Source of the DNA: a virus
Taxonomy: Duplodnaviria > Caudoviricetes
Reading direction: 5' to 3' (one strand)
DNA length: 64,000 nucleotides
Virus record (IMG/VR): IMGVR_UViG_3300013947_000025
Coordinates: 1 to 64,000 of that record
The notes below the pieces were generated by a model. It made no database searches. It was given only the letters and a program-made list of their open reading frames with translations, and had not been told where the DNA came from. This document shows, in pieces, positions 49,085 to 58,212 of this stretch. The translations under genes and the position numbers were made by a program. The stretch's first letter is position 1. Each line of letters starts with the position of its first letter.

Positions 49085-49282
49085 TTAGTGCCATCTGGGA
49101 TTGCTCCTCCATGTAGTGCGCTTGATTTCCTGCACATCAACAACCTCCCATTTCTTGGGGCGATAGTCATTGAGTACGCGGTTTCTTATGTATCTGTCGC
49201 GCTCCTCGATTGATTCAGCTACCACCATGATGTCCTCGACCTTACCGTCCATCTTAACCTGTGCTAAGTATCTCTTTTCCAT
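49085..49282 (-). CDS. Hypothetical protein
   Basis: GGAGG RBS; first gene after the promoter at 49329. Confidence 0.5.
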   Translation of the reverse strand: MEKRYLAQVKMDGKVEDIMVVAESIEERDRYIRNRVLNDYRPKKWEVVDVQEIKRTTWRSNPRWH

Positions 49283-49328
49283 TTTATGTACCTCCGTGGG
49301 ATTGACCCCTTGTTTTCTTTACGTATAT

Positions 49329-49393
49329 ATTATACCACCAAACCCCCTGTTTGTCAAGGGGTTTGGCAAAAATAATTATGAACTTTTTGTTAA
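49329..49393 (-). promoter_or_regulatory. sigma-A promoter with TTAACA-N5-TTCATA box
   Basis: -10 at 49329-49334, -35 TTGACA at 49352-49357, box at 49377-49393. Confidence 0.8.
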
Positions 49394-49686
49394 TCTTTAA
49401 GAAGTAGATTGAGCAGTCCGGACAGAAAATCATTGGTTGAATCAAGTGTAGAATTAGCGTAATACTTCTTAACATAAGCGTCCTTAAGTTCAAGATAGTG
49501 CTTATATGCCTTTTCAACTTCATCAAGTGCCGTCTCACGCTCGGCGTTCCTTGCTTCACGTTCCTGCTTTTCCTTTTCTGCCTTTGCTTTAGCTTCCGCT
49601 ATACGCTTATCATATTCAAGCTCTTCGGCAGTGAGGTCAGTGGCGGTATCAAATATCTTATCAAGTTTTTCTGAATAGTACTTCAT
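49390..49686 (-). CDS. Hypothetical coiled-coil protein
   Basis: 'MKYYSEKLDKIFDT'; AGGAG RBS. Confidence 0.55.
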   Translation of the reverse strand: MKYYSEKLDKIFDTATDLTAEELEYDKRIAEAKAKAEKEKQEREARNAERETALDEVEKAYKHYLELKDAYVKKYYANSTLDSTNDFLSGLLNLLLKD

Positions 49687-49701
49687 TTGTTTGTTATCTC
49701 C

Positions 49702-51069
49702 TTAGAAATATATTTTGTAATCATTGCCGCAAGCAATTGCCTTTGCGGAGCGAGCTTGAGCAACTAATTTATCTTGTAATTTTTTAGCAAATTCAACCTT
49801 CTCGTTATAGTCACCATGAACAAGAACTATCTTATTATATTCGCACTGCGTGTAATAATCCATCAATTCGTAGTAGTTAGCATGGCTACTAAAGCTACGA
49901 AGCTCAAACAATTTAGCTTTATTTGCTACTTGATTCCCTTCAATTTCAACGGTTGGTTGTGCAGATTTTATCTGTGATGCAAGCCCATTATCACCTGCAA
50001 ACCCTACAAAGATTATAGAGTTATGTTCATCAGGCAATATCTTACCTAACCATTTAAGCACACGCCCACCTGACAAGAAACCAGATGAGCTGAGGATGAT
50101 TTTCTTGTCGATGCTATCTTGTAAACGTTTGGATTCTTCGTAATCAGCAGTAAATTTGAATTTACTCATAACCTTTTGCCATTCGTCCGAATCGTCCCAG
50201 ACTGCGCTTATCTTTTGACAAAGAGGTGAGTCTACCCAAAAATTCCCTCTAAAATTATCCGCAAGCATCTTCATTATCTGCTGGCAACGTGACAAAGAAA
50301 AAACAGGGAACAAGACATTCTTGCAATTCTCAATCGCCCAAGCAACCTTTTCTAAATCTTTTGCTCTATCGGTGGGCAGGTTAGGACGCGCAGGGGATGA
50401 ATATGTGCATTCGCCAAACAATACATCAACAAACGGCAATGACTCACGCTTTGTTGTATACACCTTTTCTTCAACGTTGCCTATATCACCTGTAAAGCCT
50501 ATACGTTTCTTGGCATATCCGGCAGTAAATTCAAGGTAAATTTGAGCCGAAGATTTAATGTGTCCAGCATCGTAATAGGTTAGTTGTACGTTAGGAAACA
50601 GGTTAATAGTTTGATGAAGGTCTATCTCAACAACCTTAGATAACGCCCTTTGAATTGCTTGCTCATCATATAACGGAGGAGCTTTCATGTTATGTTTATG
50701 CAATAATTTTATCTCATCATTACGCATAATGTTTAAGCTATCCATCCACATTATCTCAAGAAATCGCTTGCAACCTGTAGGAACGACAACACGGGGGTCG
50801 CCTCCACGAGCAAAGATATAAGGGACGTTTCCTGCGTGGTCTGCGTGAGCATGACTTATAACCACACATTCCACGTCTTTAGGACGAATCTTTTTCATCA
50901 TATCCTTGTTCACGGTATAGTTATCAAGGGGATTTCCTGCCCCCTGATACATACCGCATTCAACAAGAATGTGATGGTCTTGAAATCGCACCTTATATAA
51001 ACTGCCAGTTACCTCTGTCGCGGACATACCCAAGCATTCTACATAAGGTTTCTTTACGCCTTTACTCAT
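49702..51069 (-). CDS. MBL-fold beta-CASP nuclease
   Basis: 'EVTGS', 'SHAHADHAG', 'AGHI', 'FTGDIG', 'FSSHA', 'LVHG'. Confidence 0.92.
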   Translation of the reverse strand: MSKGVKKPYVECLGMSATEVTGSLYKVRFQDHHILVECGMYQGAGNPLDNYTVNKDMMKKIRPKDVECVVISHAHADHAGNVPYIFARGGDPRVVVPTGCKRFLEIMWMDSLNIMRNDEIKLLHKHNMKAPPLYDEQAIQRALSKVVEIDLHQTINLFPNVQLTYYDAGHIKSSAQIYLEFTAGYAKKRIGFTGDIGNVEEKVYTTKRESLPFVDVLFGECTYSSPARPNLPTDRAKDLEKVAWAIENCKNVLFPVFSLSRCQQIMKMLADNFRGNFWVDSPLCQKISAVWDDSDEWQKVMSKFKFTADYEESKRLQDSIDKKIILSSSGFLSGGRVLKWLGKILPDEHNSIIFVGFAGDNGLASQIKSAQPTVEIEGNQVANKAKLFELRSFSSHANYYELMDYYTQCEYNKIVLVHGDYNEKVEFAKKLQDKLVAQARSAKAIACGNDYKIYF

Positions 51070-51340
51070 CGTCTATTTCTTCGTAGTCATCATCGCCCAT
51101 GTTGTTTGTGTCCACAAAACCGCAGGCATTTGCGCCGGGTGAGTACAGCTTTTCTTCATCATCGAGTCCCGACTCCTGAGCGACTGCTTGGATTTCGGCT
51201 TGATTCTTAACTATGCCCACATTTAGCTTTGTGCATACTGCGGTTAGCGCAGTGTCAATTACTGGAAATAAATAATTAACGACCACAACTGTTCCAAGTC
51301 CAATTACAAGTGATGCTATTGATATTTTATTATTGTTCAT
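51062..51340 (-). CDS. Small membrane protein
   Basis: N-terminal TM segment, acidic tail. Confidence 0.45.
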   Translation of the reverse strand: MNNNKISIASLVIGLGTVVVVNYLFPVIDTALTAVCTKLNVGIVKNQAEIQAVAQESGLDDEEKLYSPGANACGFVDTNNMGDDDYEEIDDE

Positions 51341-52865
51341 CAAAATCTTTCTCGCCATATGGCGTTGTTCTGTTAATGCTGATTAGTTCATCGTTTTCGT
51401 CAGTGACAAAATAGTCTTTGCGTCTCATTGTACCTCTGTCAATCTTTGACCATATCTTGAATTTTGAATAAGATGTATCTTGATAACGTGCCTTGAATAT
51501 ATGCTCAACAATATTAGGAACATCGTCCTCAGCACCATCACCAAAGCCACGTTTTTTGACATATGCCTCAACTTTTTTCCATGACTTGGGCTTATCCTTT
51601 GCACCAATCATAACCGAGCCACAGTCGAGTTTATCCTGCATAGCTACAGCCCCTGCAAGGCAAGACGCGTCACAGAATTCCTGTTGTTCATAGTTACGTG
51701 ACAGCTGGCACATGGTCATCAGCCCCACATTATAAGCTTCTGCGTATTGCTTAAGGTCTGCCGCTATTGATGCGATAGCCATATCGGGACGCACGTTGGT
51801 GCCCATAGACTGTTGATATTCAAGCGACACATCACGATTCAACCATATATAGTCAAACACACCATACGCCGCGCCATCCGCCTGTACACATTCCTTAATC
51901 TTTGTCTCAAGCCCACGTGACGTGAAGTTGGGCATATCAACCAATCGGATACGTGAGCCTTCAAGAATTTCTCCGGCTTTGAGAATTCTGTTTCGCTCAT
52001 CTTTTGTGTACGATGCTTTAGTTATCGTACTGTTATCGACACCTGAGATACAAGCAAGAAATATAGGGTTGACATTGATACGTGTTTCCATCTCTGTATG
52101 GATGAAGAACGTTGAACCTTGATAGTTAGGATTGTCAATGAAATCATTCGCTTCATAATCCCACATTTGCTTTGCGCCTAAGAAACAAAGGTCAGCAACC
52201 GCAAGACGCGTCTTCGAAATTCCCGATCTGCCGCCACGTAATATCAAATGGCTTCTGTTCCAACCATTATATATCGTGGTCTGATAAGGCGAAGTCAGGC
52301 AAGCCCCCATCATCGGCTTCTGCTCAAACTGCTCAAGCAGTCCCTCGGTGTCTTCACCTGCGTACATTTCATGACGGACGTATTTGGTATCGTATGTTGT
52401 CCTTAGCTTATTCGTAAGAACTTCATATTCAGCCAACATCTCTTGAATCGTGAATTCGGCGGTTTTGTCCCCGTTATCAACGGTTTCGTCAAACCATTTA
52501 TCCACGTTCATTCCCGCTTCCTTCATCTGCCGGAGCATGGAATACTTGCGGATGCTGTTCCAGTACGATTCATAGTTGTCAAGGCTTGCTAACTCACGGA
52601 CGGTGGCAACAAAATCCTCAAAGCGATTATCCACAAGAATTTCATAAGCGGCATTATGGGATTTAGCAATATTGTCTATTTCTATTTCCGTAATGTTGTT
52701 AATTCCTGCCTGATACGCTTTAGACGCGCAGAGGAACAAAATCTTATGGAACTGTTCGGGCGCAAAATCATCCGGCTGTAAAGGGAACTGCGGATTCATG
52801 ATGAGACTTGGATTCTTAAATATACAGCCAAGCAACTGCGAGCCAATGTTAATGTTGTAAATCAT
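51330..52865 (-). CDS. Replicative helicase (DnaB-like)
   Basis: Walker A 'GRSGISKTR', 'FIHTEM', 'VFDYI', 'MCQLSR'. Confidence 0.85.
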   Translation of the reverse strand: MIYNINIGSQLLGCIFKNPSLIMNPQFPLQPDDFAPEQFHKILFLCASKAYQAGINNITEIEIDNIAKSHNAAYEILVDNRFEDFVATVRELASLDNYESYWNSIRKYSMLRQMKEAGMNVDKWFDETVDNGDKTAEFTIQEMLAEYEVLTNKLRTTYDTKYVRHEMYAGEDTEGLLEQFEQKPMMGACLTSPYQTTIYNGWNRSHLILRGGRSGISKTRLAVADLCFLGAKQMWDYEANDFIDNPNYQGSTFFIHTEMETRINVNPIFLACISGVDNSTITKASYTKDERNRILKAGEILEGSRIRLVDMPNFTSRGLETKIKECVQADGAAYGVFDYIWLNRDVSLEYQQSMGTNVRPDMAIASIAADLKQYAEAYNVGLMTMCQLSRNYEQQEFCDASCLAGAVAMQDKLDCGSVMIGAKDKPKSWKKVEAYVKKRGFGDGAEDDVPNIVEHIFKARYQDTSYSKFKIWSKIDRGTMRRKDYFVTDENDELISINRTTPYGEKDFDEQ

Positions 52866-53371
52866 ATGTTATCTAAATCCACCTTAAATCCTATATATCG
52901 TTCGCCCGAATTAGGCACTACCGGAACAATCGGGTCATCCTGCATCGTCTCCGCGACTTCTTTTGAATGCTTTACTGCGTCATTGAATTGCTTATACAAG
53001 GGATAGAACCGCTCAAATTGACGGATTCCGTAATCTGTGCAAAGTTCATATCCCTCGTATTCAATCGCATAACGTATCATCAATTTAATGTCGCGGTCTT
53101 CACAGTCATGGTCTTTTTCAAACCTTTCGATTTGCTTGCCAAACCATCCAAAAGGCGTTTCTACGCCGTTGTCAAGATATAGTTCACAAAGAAAATCTGT
53201 GAGCTTGAGACGCTCCTCTGCCTTCTTGGTTTTGCGCTCCTTTGAAGCAGGTTTATGGTCTATATGGTATTCATTATAGCAAGCTTCCGAACAGAAAGGG
53301 ATGGATACAAAGTCAACACCCTTGAATCTATCACCTTTTCTTATCTCTTGCCCACAGACACGACAGTTCAT
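52862..53371 (-). CDS. Zn-finger protein upstream of the helicase (possible loader)
   Basis: CRVC...FCSEAC; synteny. Confidence 0.5.
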   Translation of the reverse strand: MNCRVCGQEIRKGDRFKGVDFVSIPFCSEACYNEYHIDHKPASKERKTKKAEERLKLTDFLCELYLDNGVETPFGWFGKQIERFEKDHDCEDRDIKLMIRYAIEYEGYELCTDYGIRQFERFYPLYKQFNDAVKHSKEVAETMQDDPIVPVVPNSGERYIGFKVDLDNI

Positions 53372-54408
53372 TATTCTACCTTAATTCCCTGATTATCACA
53401 AAGCGTTGTAAGCTGATTGTAAACATTCTCAAGCTGTACAACATCATCATCTGTTGCTTCGCTAACACGCTTGCCAAGCGACACTTCAACAATATTATCT
53501 ACATCATCTGGGAACTTAGCACGTGCCGCTGTGAAATAGGGCTTAATCATGTTGATAAGCTCGTTCGCGGAATAACCTTCCTTCTTAATCTTCCAAGGTG
53601 CTATTCCTGCTTTTCTGTCCTCTGCTGTCTTGCGCATTGCTGCGAGCATAGCTTCCTTTAGATTTTCGGCAGTAAATTCCTTAATGAACGGAGTCATAGC
53701 ATATCTACTACGTGCAAAAACTGTCTTGGTTTCCTTGCAATAAGCTGATGACGGAATAGGATTGCCATCCTCGTCAACACCATTTGAGACAAGCGCAATA
53801 CAGAAGTCGCAAAGGTCACGGACAAAACGCGTTGAACCCTTGATGTTCTCACTGCCCTTGGGCTGCATATAACGGTACTTGTTGCCCTTAGCATCCGTCT
53901 TTTCGATAAACTCCTCATGGCTGATAAAGATAACCGTATAACCAAAGTGGCAAAGTCTATCAACCGTAGCCTTAAAGTCCTTACGATAAATCAGATAGCC
54001 GTTCTTTCTGCTGTCTTCGATTTCGCTGAGGTCACGAACACCGAATTCTGTGCAGGTCTGCTTTTCTGCAAGCTCAACAAGATTCTCGGTGGTATCAATA
54101 AGGATGGTATCGTATAAATCTTGCATAGTTTCCCATTCAAGTCTGCCGTCCTTGTCTTCCTTATCAACCTTTTCTGAGGTCAACTGTTTTACAACATCCT
54201 TGAACTGAATCCAGCTTGTAATTTCCTGAATGGCGCAGTCTGCCGCTCCATATCCTGCCTCAGTTGCAAGAAGCAGAACCTTGTCAGTAAACCTACTCAT
54301 CTGGTAGGTTTTTCCTAAATCGTTGCCTCCATAGCAGATCACCTTCGCGCCCTTAAGTGAATCGCAAATAGTCGACTTTTTGAGACTTCTTAAATCAATC
54401 TTAGCCAT
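53371..54408 (-). CDS. AAA-family ATPase (Sak4-like recombinase)
   Basis: 'YGGNDLGKT', 'ILIDT', 'VIFISH'. Confidence 0.8.
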   Translation of the reverse strand: MAKIDLRSLKKSTICDSLKGAKVICYGGNDLGKTYQMSRFTDKVLLLATEAGYGAADCAIQEITSWIQFKDVVKQLTSEKVDKEDKDGRLEWETMQDLYDTILIDTTENLVELAEKQTCTEFGVRDLSEIEDSRKNGYLIYRKDFKATVDRLCHFGYTVIFISHEEFIEKTDAKGNKYRYMQPKGSENIKGSTRFVRDLCDFCIALVSNGVDEDGNPIPSSAYCKETKTVFARSRYAMTPFIKEFTAENLKEAMLAAMRKTAEDRKAGIAPWKIKKEGYSANELINMIKPYFTAARAKFPDDVDNIVEVSLGKRVSEATDDDVVQLENVYNQLTTLCDNQGIKVE

Positions 54409-54492
54409 TAAATTCTCCTTTTATTCTTTTTATTCATTATATTCAAAGGGAGGTTGCCCTCCCTTAATCACCACGGAAAATTTATCGCGCCA

Positions 54493-55485
54493 TCAAAACC
54501 CAAAGTCATCGTCATCGTCAGTGCTATTCATGTCAGGCTTCTTGCTGAACTTGCTCGTCTTCTTAGCAGGGGCGGACGCAGTTTCCGTAGCCTTCTTAGG
54601 CGGATTTGCCTTGAGCTCAACAAGCTTCTTGTCACGTTCCTTAATAGCAAGCTTGATTGCTTCAGGATTGAGCCAACCATTATCGATAAGATTGCCGTTC
54701 TCATCTTCATCCTCTGGCTCTTCGATAGGCTCATCGCCGCCACAAAGAATGCGCTCCTCTACATCAAATCCGGTGTTGATATTGGTCGATGCCGCCTTAC
54801 CAAACGCCTTCTTGCCCGGCTTCTTCTCGCCCACATGAACCATCTTTACATCAACCTCAAACGCCGCAGTCTGTCCGACCTCATAGACGCTCTCGAAATC
54901 GTCTGCTGAATCAGCGTCAACAAGAAGGTCAACAGGATAAACTGCGCCCTGTCCATCTACACCAAGAAGCTCGACCTTAAGTCTTCCGGTCTCTTCCTCG
55001 TTACGCATTTCAGGCAGAATCTTGCGGATAAATCCAGTCAGCTTGAGCGAGCAACCGAGTGGCTCATCTTCTGATACCTTGGTATTACCTCTTGAGATAT
55101 TCCATCTAAGGGAAGACTTAACATTTCCATCACCGCCCACATAATCATTGATAGAAATCGTTCCCTCTACAGCGACCTTAGTCGGCTCTTTGGTAGGGTC
55201 ACCATTTATCTTAGGATTCCAGTTCATCATTGCTTCGTACATTGCCCACTGCTTGTTGGCTTCGCCCTTAGAGGTCAGCGACTGAGCAAACACGTCAAAG
55301 GTTTTTATTCCACCGTCAATGTCAAGGGCGATTCTACCACGAATACGCTCACCGGGAACTTCATGTGATGCTCCATCTGCGTCCTTGACCTTTATCTTTG
55401 CTTCCTCACGTGTGAGCGCAAGTTCTGATACATTTGCTACCGCTCTATACCATACTGGAGTCTTGTTAAGAATTGAATTATCCAT
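54493..55485 (-). CDS. Putative phage single-stranded DNA-binding protein
   Basis: Acidic C-terminus 'DDDDDFGF'; adjacent to the ATPase and helicase. Confidence 0.65.
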   Translation of the reverse strand: MDNSILNKTPVWYRAVANVSELALTREEAKIKVKDADGASHEVPGERIRGRIALDIDGGIKTFDVFAQSLTSKGEANKQWAMYEAMMNWNPKINGDPTKEPTKVAVEGTISINDYVGGDGNVKSSLRWNISRGNTKVSEDEPLGCSLKLTGFIRKILPEMRNEEETGRLKVELLGVDGQGAVYPVDLLVDADSADDFESVYEVGQTAAFEVDVKMVHVGEKKPGKKAFGKAASTNINTGFDVEERILCGGDEPIEEPEDEDENGNLIDNGWLNPEAIKLAIKERDKKLVELKANPPKKATETASAPAKKTSKFSKKPDMNSTDDDDDFGF

Positions 55486-55844
55486 TATTCATTTACCTCA
55501 TTTTCTTCATCAATTTCATCATTAAAATCTTTTAAGTTTAGTTTGTCTAAAGTTTCTTTCTTTTTGTTCCTGAGCAATTCAAGGATTTCCTCCTTTGTTT
55601 CGCACTGTCGACACTGCGCTTCAAGCGTAATCAATGCCCCATTCCATCCAATTTGTACACCCATCATTCTTGCTTTCTCAAGATGGGGCTGAATAGTCTT
55701 ACGAACCACATCGTATAGCTCAGGATTTTGGTTGTCAACCAGTGCCTCAAGAACTTTCTTTGCGTTTGGGCTGTTGTCGACAATTTCCTTAAGCTTAAGA
55801 AGCTCCACGCGCTCTTTCTTGGTCAAACGTTTTGTCTCAGCCAT
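55485..55844 (-). CDS. Hypothetical protein
   Basis: Likely start at MAETKRL. Confidence 0.5.
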   Translation of the reverse strand: MAETKRLTKKERVELLKLKEIVDNSPNAKKVLEALVDNQNPELYDVVRKTIQPHLEKARMMGVQIGWNGALITLEAQCRQCETKEEILELLRNKKKETLDKLNLKDFNDEIDEENEVNE

Positions 55845-56124
55845 TAAAATCGCACTCCGGACACAGATAATTGCAGAAATGCTCCTTGGGGCTGTCATCA
55901 AGTTCAGAATGACGCTCGTCCCATTCGTAAGGAACAAGCTCCAGTCCGCACTTAGGGCATCTACCCATCTGCTCAATCGCCGTTCTTGCCACGTCCTGCT
56001 CTCTTGCGTCCATTAGATTAGACGCAAGATATAGGTAGCAGTCAACTGCGATTTCGGGATCGTCCTTGAAGAACTCCTGAATCGCTTCAAGAGTTTCAAG
56101 AATCATCTTTGGTTTTCTTGTCAT
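55837..56124 (-). CDS. Zn-ribbon hypothetical protein
   Basis: CPKC...CPEC. Confidence 0.55.
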   Translation of the reverse strand: MTRKPKMILETLEAIQEFFKDDPEIAVDCYLYLASNLMDAREQDVARTAIEQMGRCPKCGLELVPYEWDERHSELDDSPKEHFCNYLCPECDFNG

Positions 56125-56136
56125 GATATTCCTCCT

Positions 56137-56988
56137 TTAGAATCTTATTTTTGCCATAGCATTTGAAGCAGCTTCATCTGCCATTTTGGCATATCTTAAC
56201 GTGGTGTTGTAGTTCGAGTGACCCAGCATTTTCTGGATAACAGGAAGTTCAACGCCATCGTTAATAGCTATAGTAGCCATCGTGGTGCGCATGAGATGAT
56301 TGGTCACACGCTCCCAATTTTCAACCCCTGCCAACTTTGCGACACGTTTGAGGGCGGCTGACGTGTATTCACTATTCAGCATATTACCCTGATTGCCCAC
56401 GAAGAGCAATCCACAGTCACCGTTACGCGTGTTGTGCTTGCGCTCAGTGTTGATGTACTGGTCGATGAACGTCTTTGCTTCAGCAGGGAACGTGATTGTG
56501 CGCTGTTTGTTGCCTTTACCAGTGATAACGATGGTATTATCCATCATGCTGTTATACTGGTCAAGCGTGATAGTGGAAAGCTCAGCGATACGCATACCTG
56601 TGGTTGCAAGCGCATATATCATTGCCCTCATGCGGACGGAAGTCGCGCTGTTAATCATCTTGCGAATATCGTCAGGGGTCAGCGGAATTTTTACCTTGTT
56701 GCTGACCTTAACAGAATCAAGGTATTCAACCGGATTTTCCGTGATATACTTTCTACGCATAAGAAATGCGTAGTAGGTTTTCACGGCGGAAAGTCTCGTT
56801 CTTAAGGTGGACGAAGACAATTCCTTGGACGCGAATTTGTAATTTTCAAGGTCTTCAATTGTTACCTCCTCTTCGGGCTTGTTGATGACGTCAAAGACAT
56901 AACCAAGGTTACGTGTGTAACCCGTGATAGTTCCCTCGCTCATCTGTCTACCCTTCATATATGTAACGAATTCATTCATGTACTTCAT
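56137..56988 (-). CDS. Tyrosine recombinase (XerC/D-like)
   Basis: 'TGMRIAEL', 'GKGNKQR', 'HLMRTT', 'LGHSNYNTTLRY'. Confidence 0.93.
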   Translation of the reverse strand: MKYMNEFVTYMKGRQMSEGTITGYTRNLGYVFDVINKPEEEVTIEDLENYKFASKELSSSTLRTRLSAVKTYYAFLMRRKYITENPVEYLDSVKVSNKVKIPLTPDDIRKMINSATSVRMRAMIYALATTGMRIAELSTITLDQYNSMMDNTIVITGKGNKQRTITFPAEAKTFIDQYINTERKHNTRNGDCGLLFVGNQGNMLNSEYTSAALKRVAKLAGVENWERVTNHLMRTTMATIAINDGVELPVIQKMLGHSNYNTTLRYAKMADEAASNAMAKIRF

Positions 56989-57018
56989 ATTCAGTACCGC
57001 CTTTCTTTTGATGTATAT

Positions 57019-57084
57019 ATTATACCACATATTCAATCAAAAGTCAATACCTTTTTAAAATTTTCTTTATGAATTTTTTGTGAA
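57019..57084 (-). promoter_or_regulatory. sigma-A promoter with TTCACA-N5-TTCATA box
   Basis: -10 at 57019-57024, -35 TTGACT at 57042-57047, box at 57068-57084. Confidence 0.75.
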
Positions 57085-57252
57085 CAATTTTGGGCATAAG
57101 AATGCCCCATGTCTTTTCCAGTTGTCCTGATAACGGATTGTACTTCGGCATGGGGCGGCTAAAGGAGGCGGGCTGATGGGAGGAGTATCTAAACTGGGAT
57201 TCTTCAAAAACCAATCTAAAGCCCATCAGCCCCGCTATGTTAGAATGAGGGC

Positions 57253-57546
57253 TTAGTCAGCGTCTATGCCGACACCCTTTAACGCGTTCTTAATCTGCTT
57301 TCCGAACTTAAAATCGGGAACATACTTAGCGTCAACGTTAATGGTCTCACCTGTTGCAGGATTGCGGGACTCGTGCGCTTCCTTAAACTTTACTCCAAAA
57401 GTACCAAGCTCGGTGAAGTATACGGAATCGCGCTCCTTGATGACATCCGCAATTTCGTTGATAACATTATCAACAATCTCCTTAGCGGCAGTCTTGGAGA
57501 TGCTCTGATGCTCTGCTACGCGTGCGATAAAATCTGACTTGTTCAT
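57253..57546 (-). CDS. hup: HU-like DNA-binding protein
   Basis: 'MNKSDFI', 'LGTF', 'SRNPATGETI', 'PDFKFGK'. Confidence 0.93.
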   Translation of the reverse strand: MNKSDFIARVAEHQSISKTAAKEIVDNVINEIADVIKERDSVYFTELGTFGVKFKEAHESRNPATGETINVDAKYVPDFKFGKQIKNALKGVGIDAD

Positions 57547-57606
57547 GTGTTTAGTTCCTTTTTAATCCAAAATATTACAGCTTTTGTCGAGATGCTGCTG
57601 AACTCG

Positions 57607-57684
57607 TGGTAGCGCAATTCGGGCTCGAACCGAAACTGTTGGTATTTTGAGTACCATGCCTCCTGCCTATTGGGCTACTGCGCC
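57607..57684 (-). tRNA. tRNA-Leu(CAA), short variable arm
   Basis: GGCGCAG/TTGCGCT acceptor, anticodon loop CT-CAA-AA, T-loop TTCGAGC, encoded CCA. Confidence 0.85.
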
Positions 57685-57743
57685 ATATGCGCCATTGCTG
57701 ACGCATACAAAAGAGGTTATTATGGAAATGGGGACAAGCCCCT

Positions 57744-57819
57744 TGGCAGACGAGGTTGAATTTGAATCAACGTGTGCAGGAGTCAAAGTCCTGTGCCTTA
57801 ACCACTTGGCTACTCGCCT
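57744..57819 (-). tRNA. tRNA-Gln(TTG)
   Basis: AGGCGAG/CTCGTCT acceptor, anticodon loop CT-TTG-AC, encoded CCA. Confidence 0.88.
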
Positions 57820-57826
57820 ATATACA

Positions 57827-58195
57827 AACTCGAATTACACCAGCCATGCAGGAACTTCACGGTCATTTGCAACAAACCTTACTGTACTCATGGATTTTGT
57901 AAACCTTTCACCTTTCACCTTTATTCATTGACCTTTAGATTAAAATAACCTTTGAATTTTGACCTTTAATCGTTGACCTTTATCCTTTAACCTTTACAGT
58001 TAAATATTTACCCTCATACATTAGCAGTGTATAGGTAGCTTTCTTCTATTCCCAAGCTTAACCGAATAAGGCAGGAACAAAATATTGGATAATGAGTCCA
58101 ATGAATTGTGAAGGGCATTTCTTTATTTTATCCTTGCGAAACACGCCCAAAACCGCAAGCTGTTACAGTTTAGAAGTTTCGATGCAATTCGAGTT
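57827..58195 (-). ncRNA. Putative ~370-nt structured ncRNA with heptad AAAGGT array
   Basis: 15-bp terminal stem (58181-58195 with 57827-57841) including G-U pairs on the - strand, second stem 58173-58180/57851-57858, internal hairpins, no credible ORF. Confidence 0.7.
57903..57995 (-). repeat. 7-nt periodic AAAGGT(N) array
   Basis: ACCTTT on + at 57903, 57910, 57917, 57931, 57948, 57962, 57976, 57990; TCCTTT at 57983. Confidence 0.9.
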
Positions 58196-58212
58196 ATTTA
58201 CTTAGAAGTTAA

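Noticed and set aside
56137-56988. Tyrosine recombinase as proof of an integrated prophage boundary
   Set aside because: No att site or host genes are visible in the window; it could equally be a dimer-resolving Xer-like enzyme.
57903-57995. Repeat array as a CRISPR array or replication iterons
   Set aside because: Units are 6-7 nt with no unique spacers and no cas genes. The array is enclosed in an RNA-type stem within a tRNA operon, although an origin role cannot be fully excluded.
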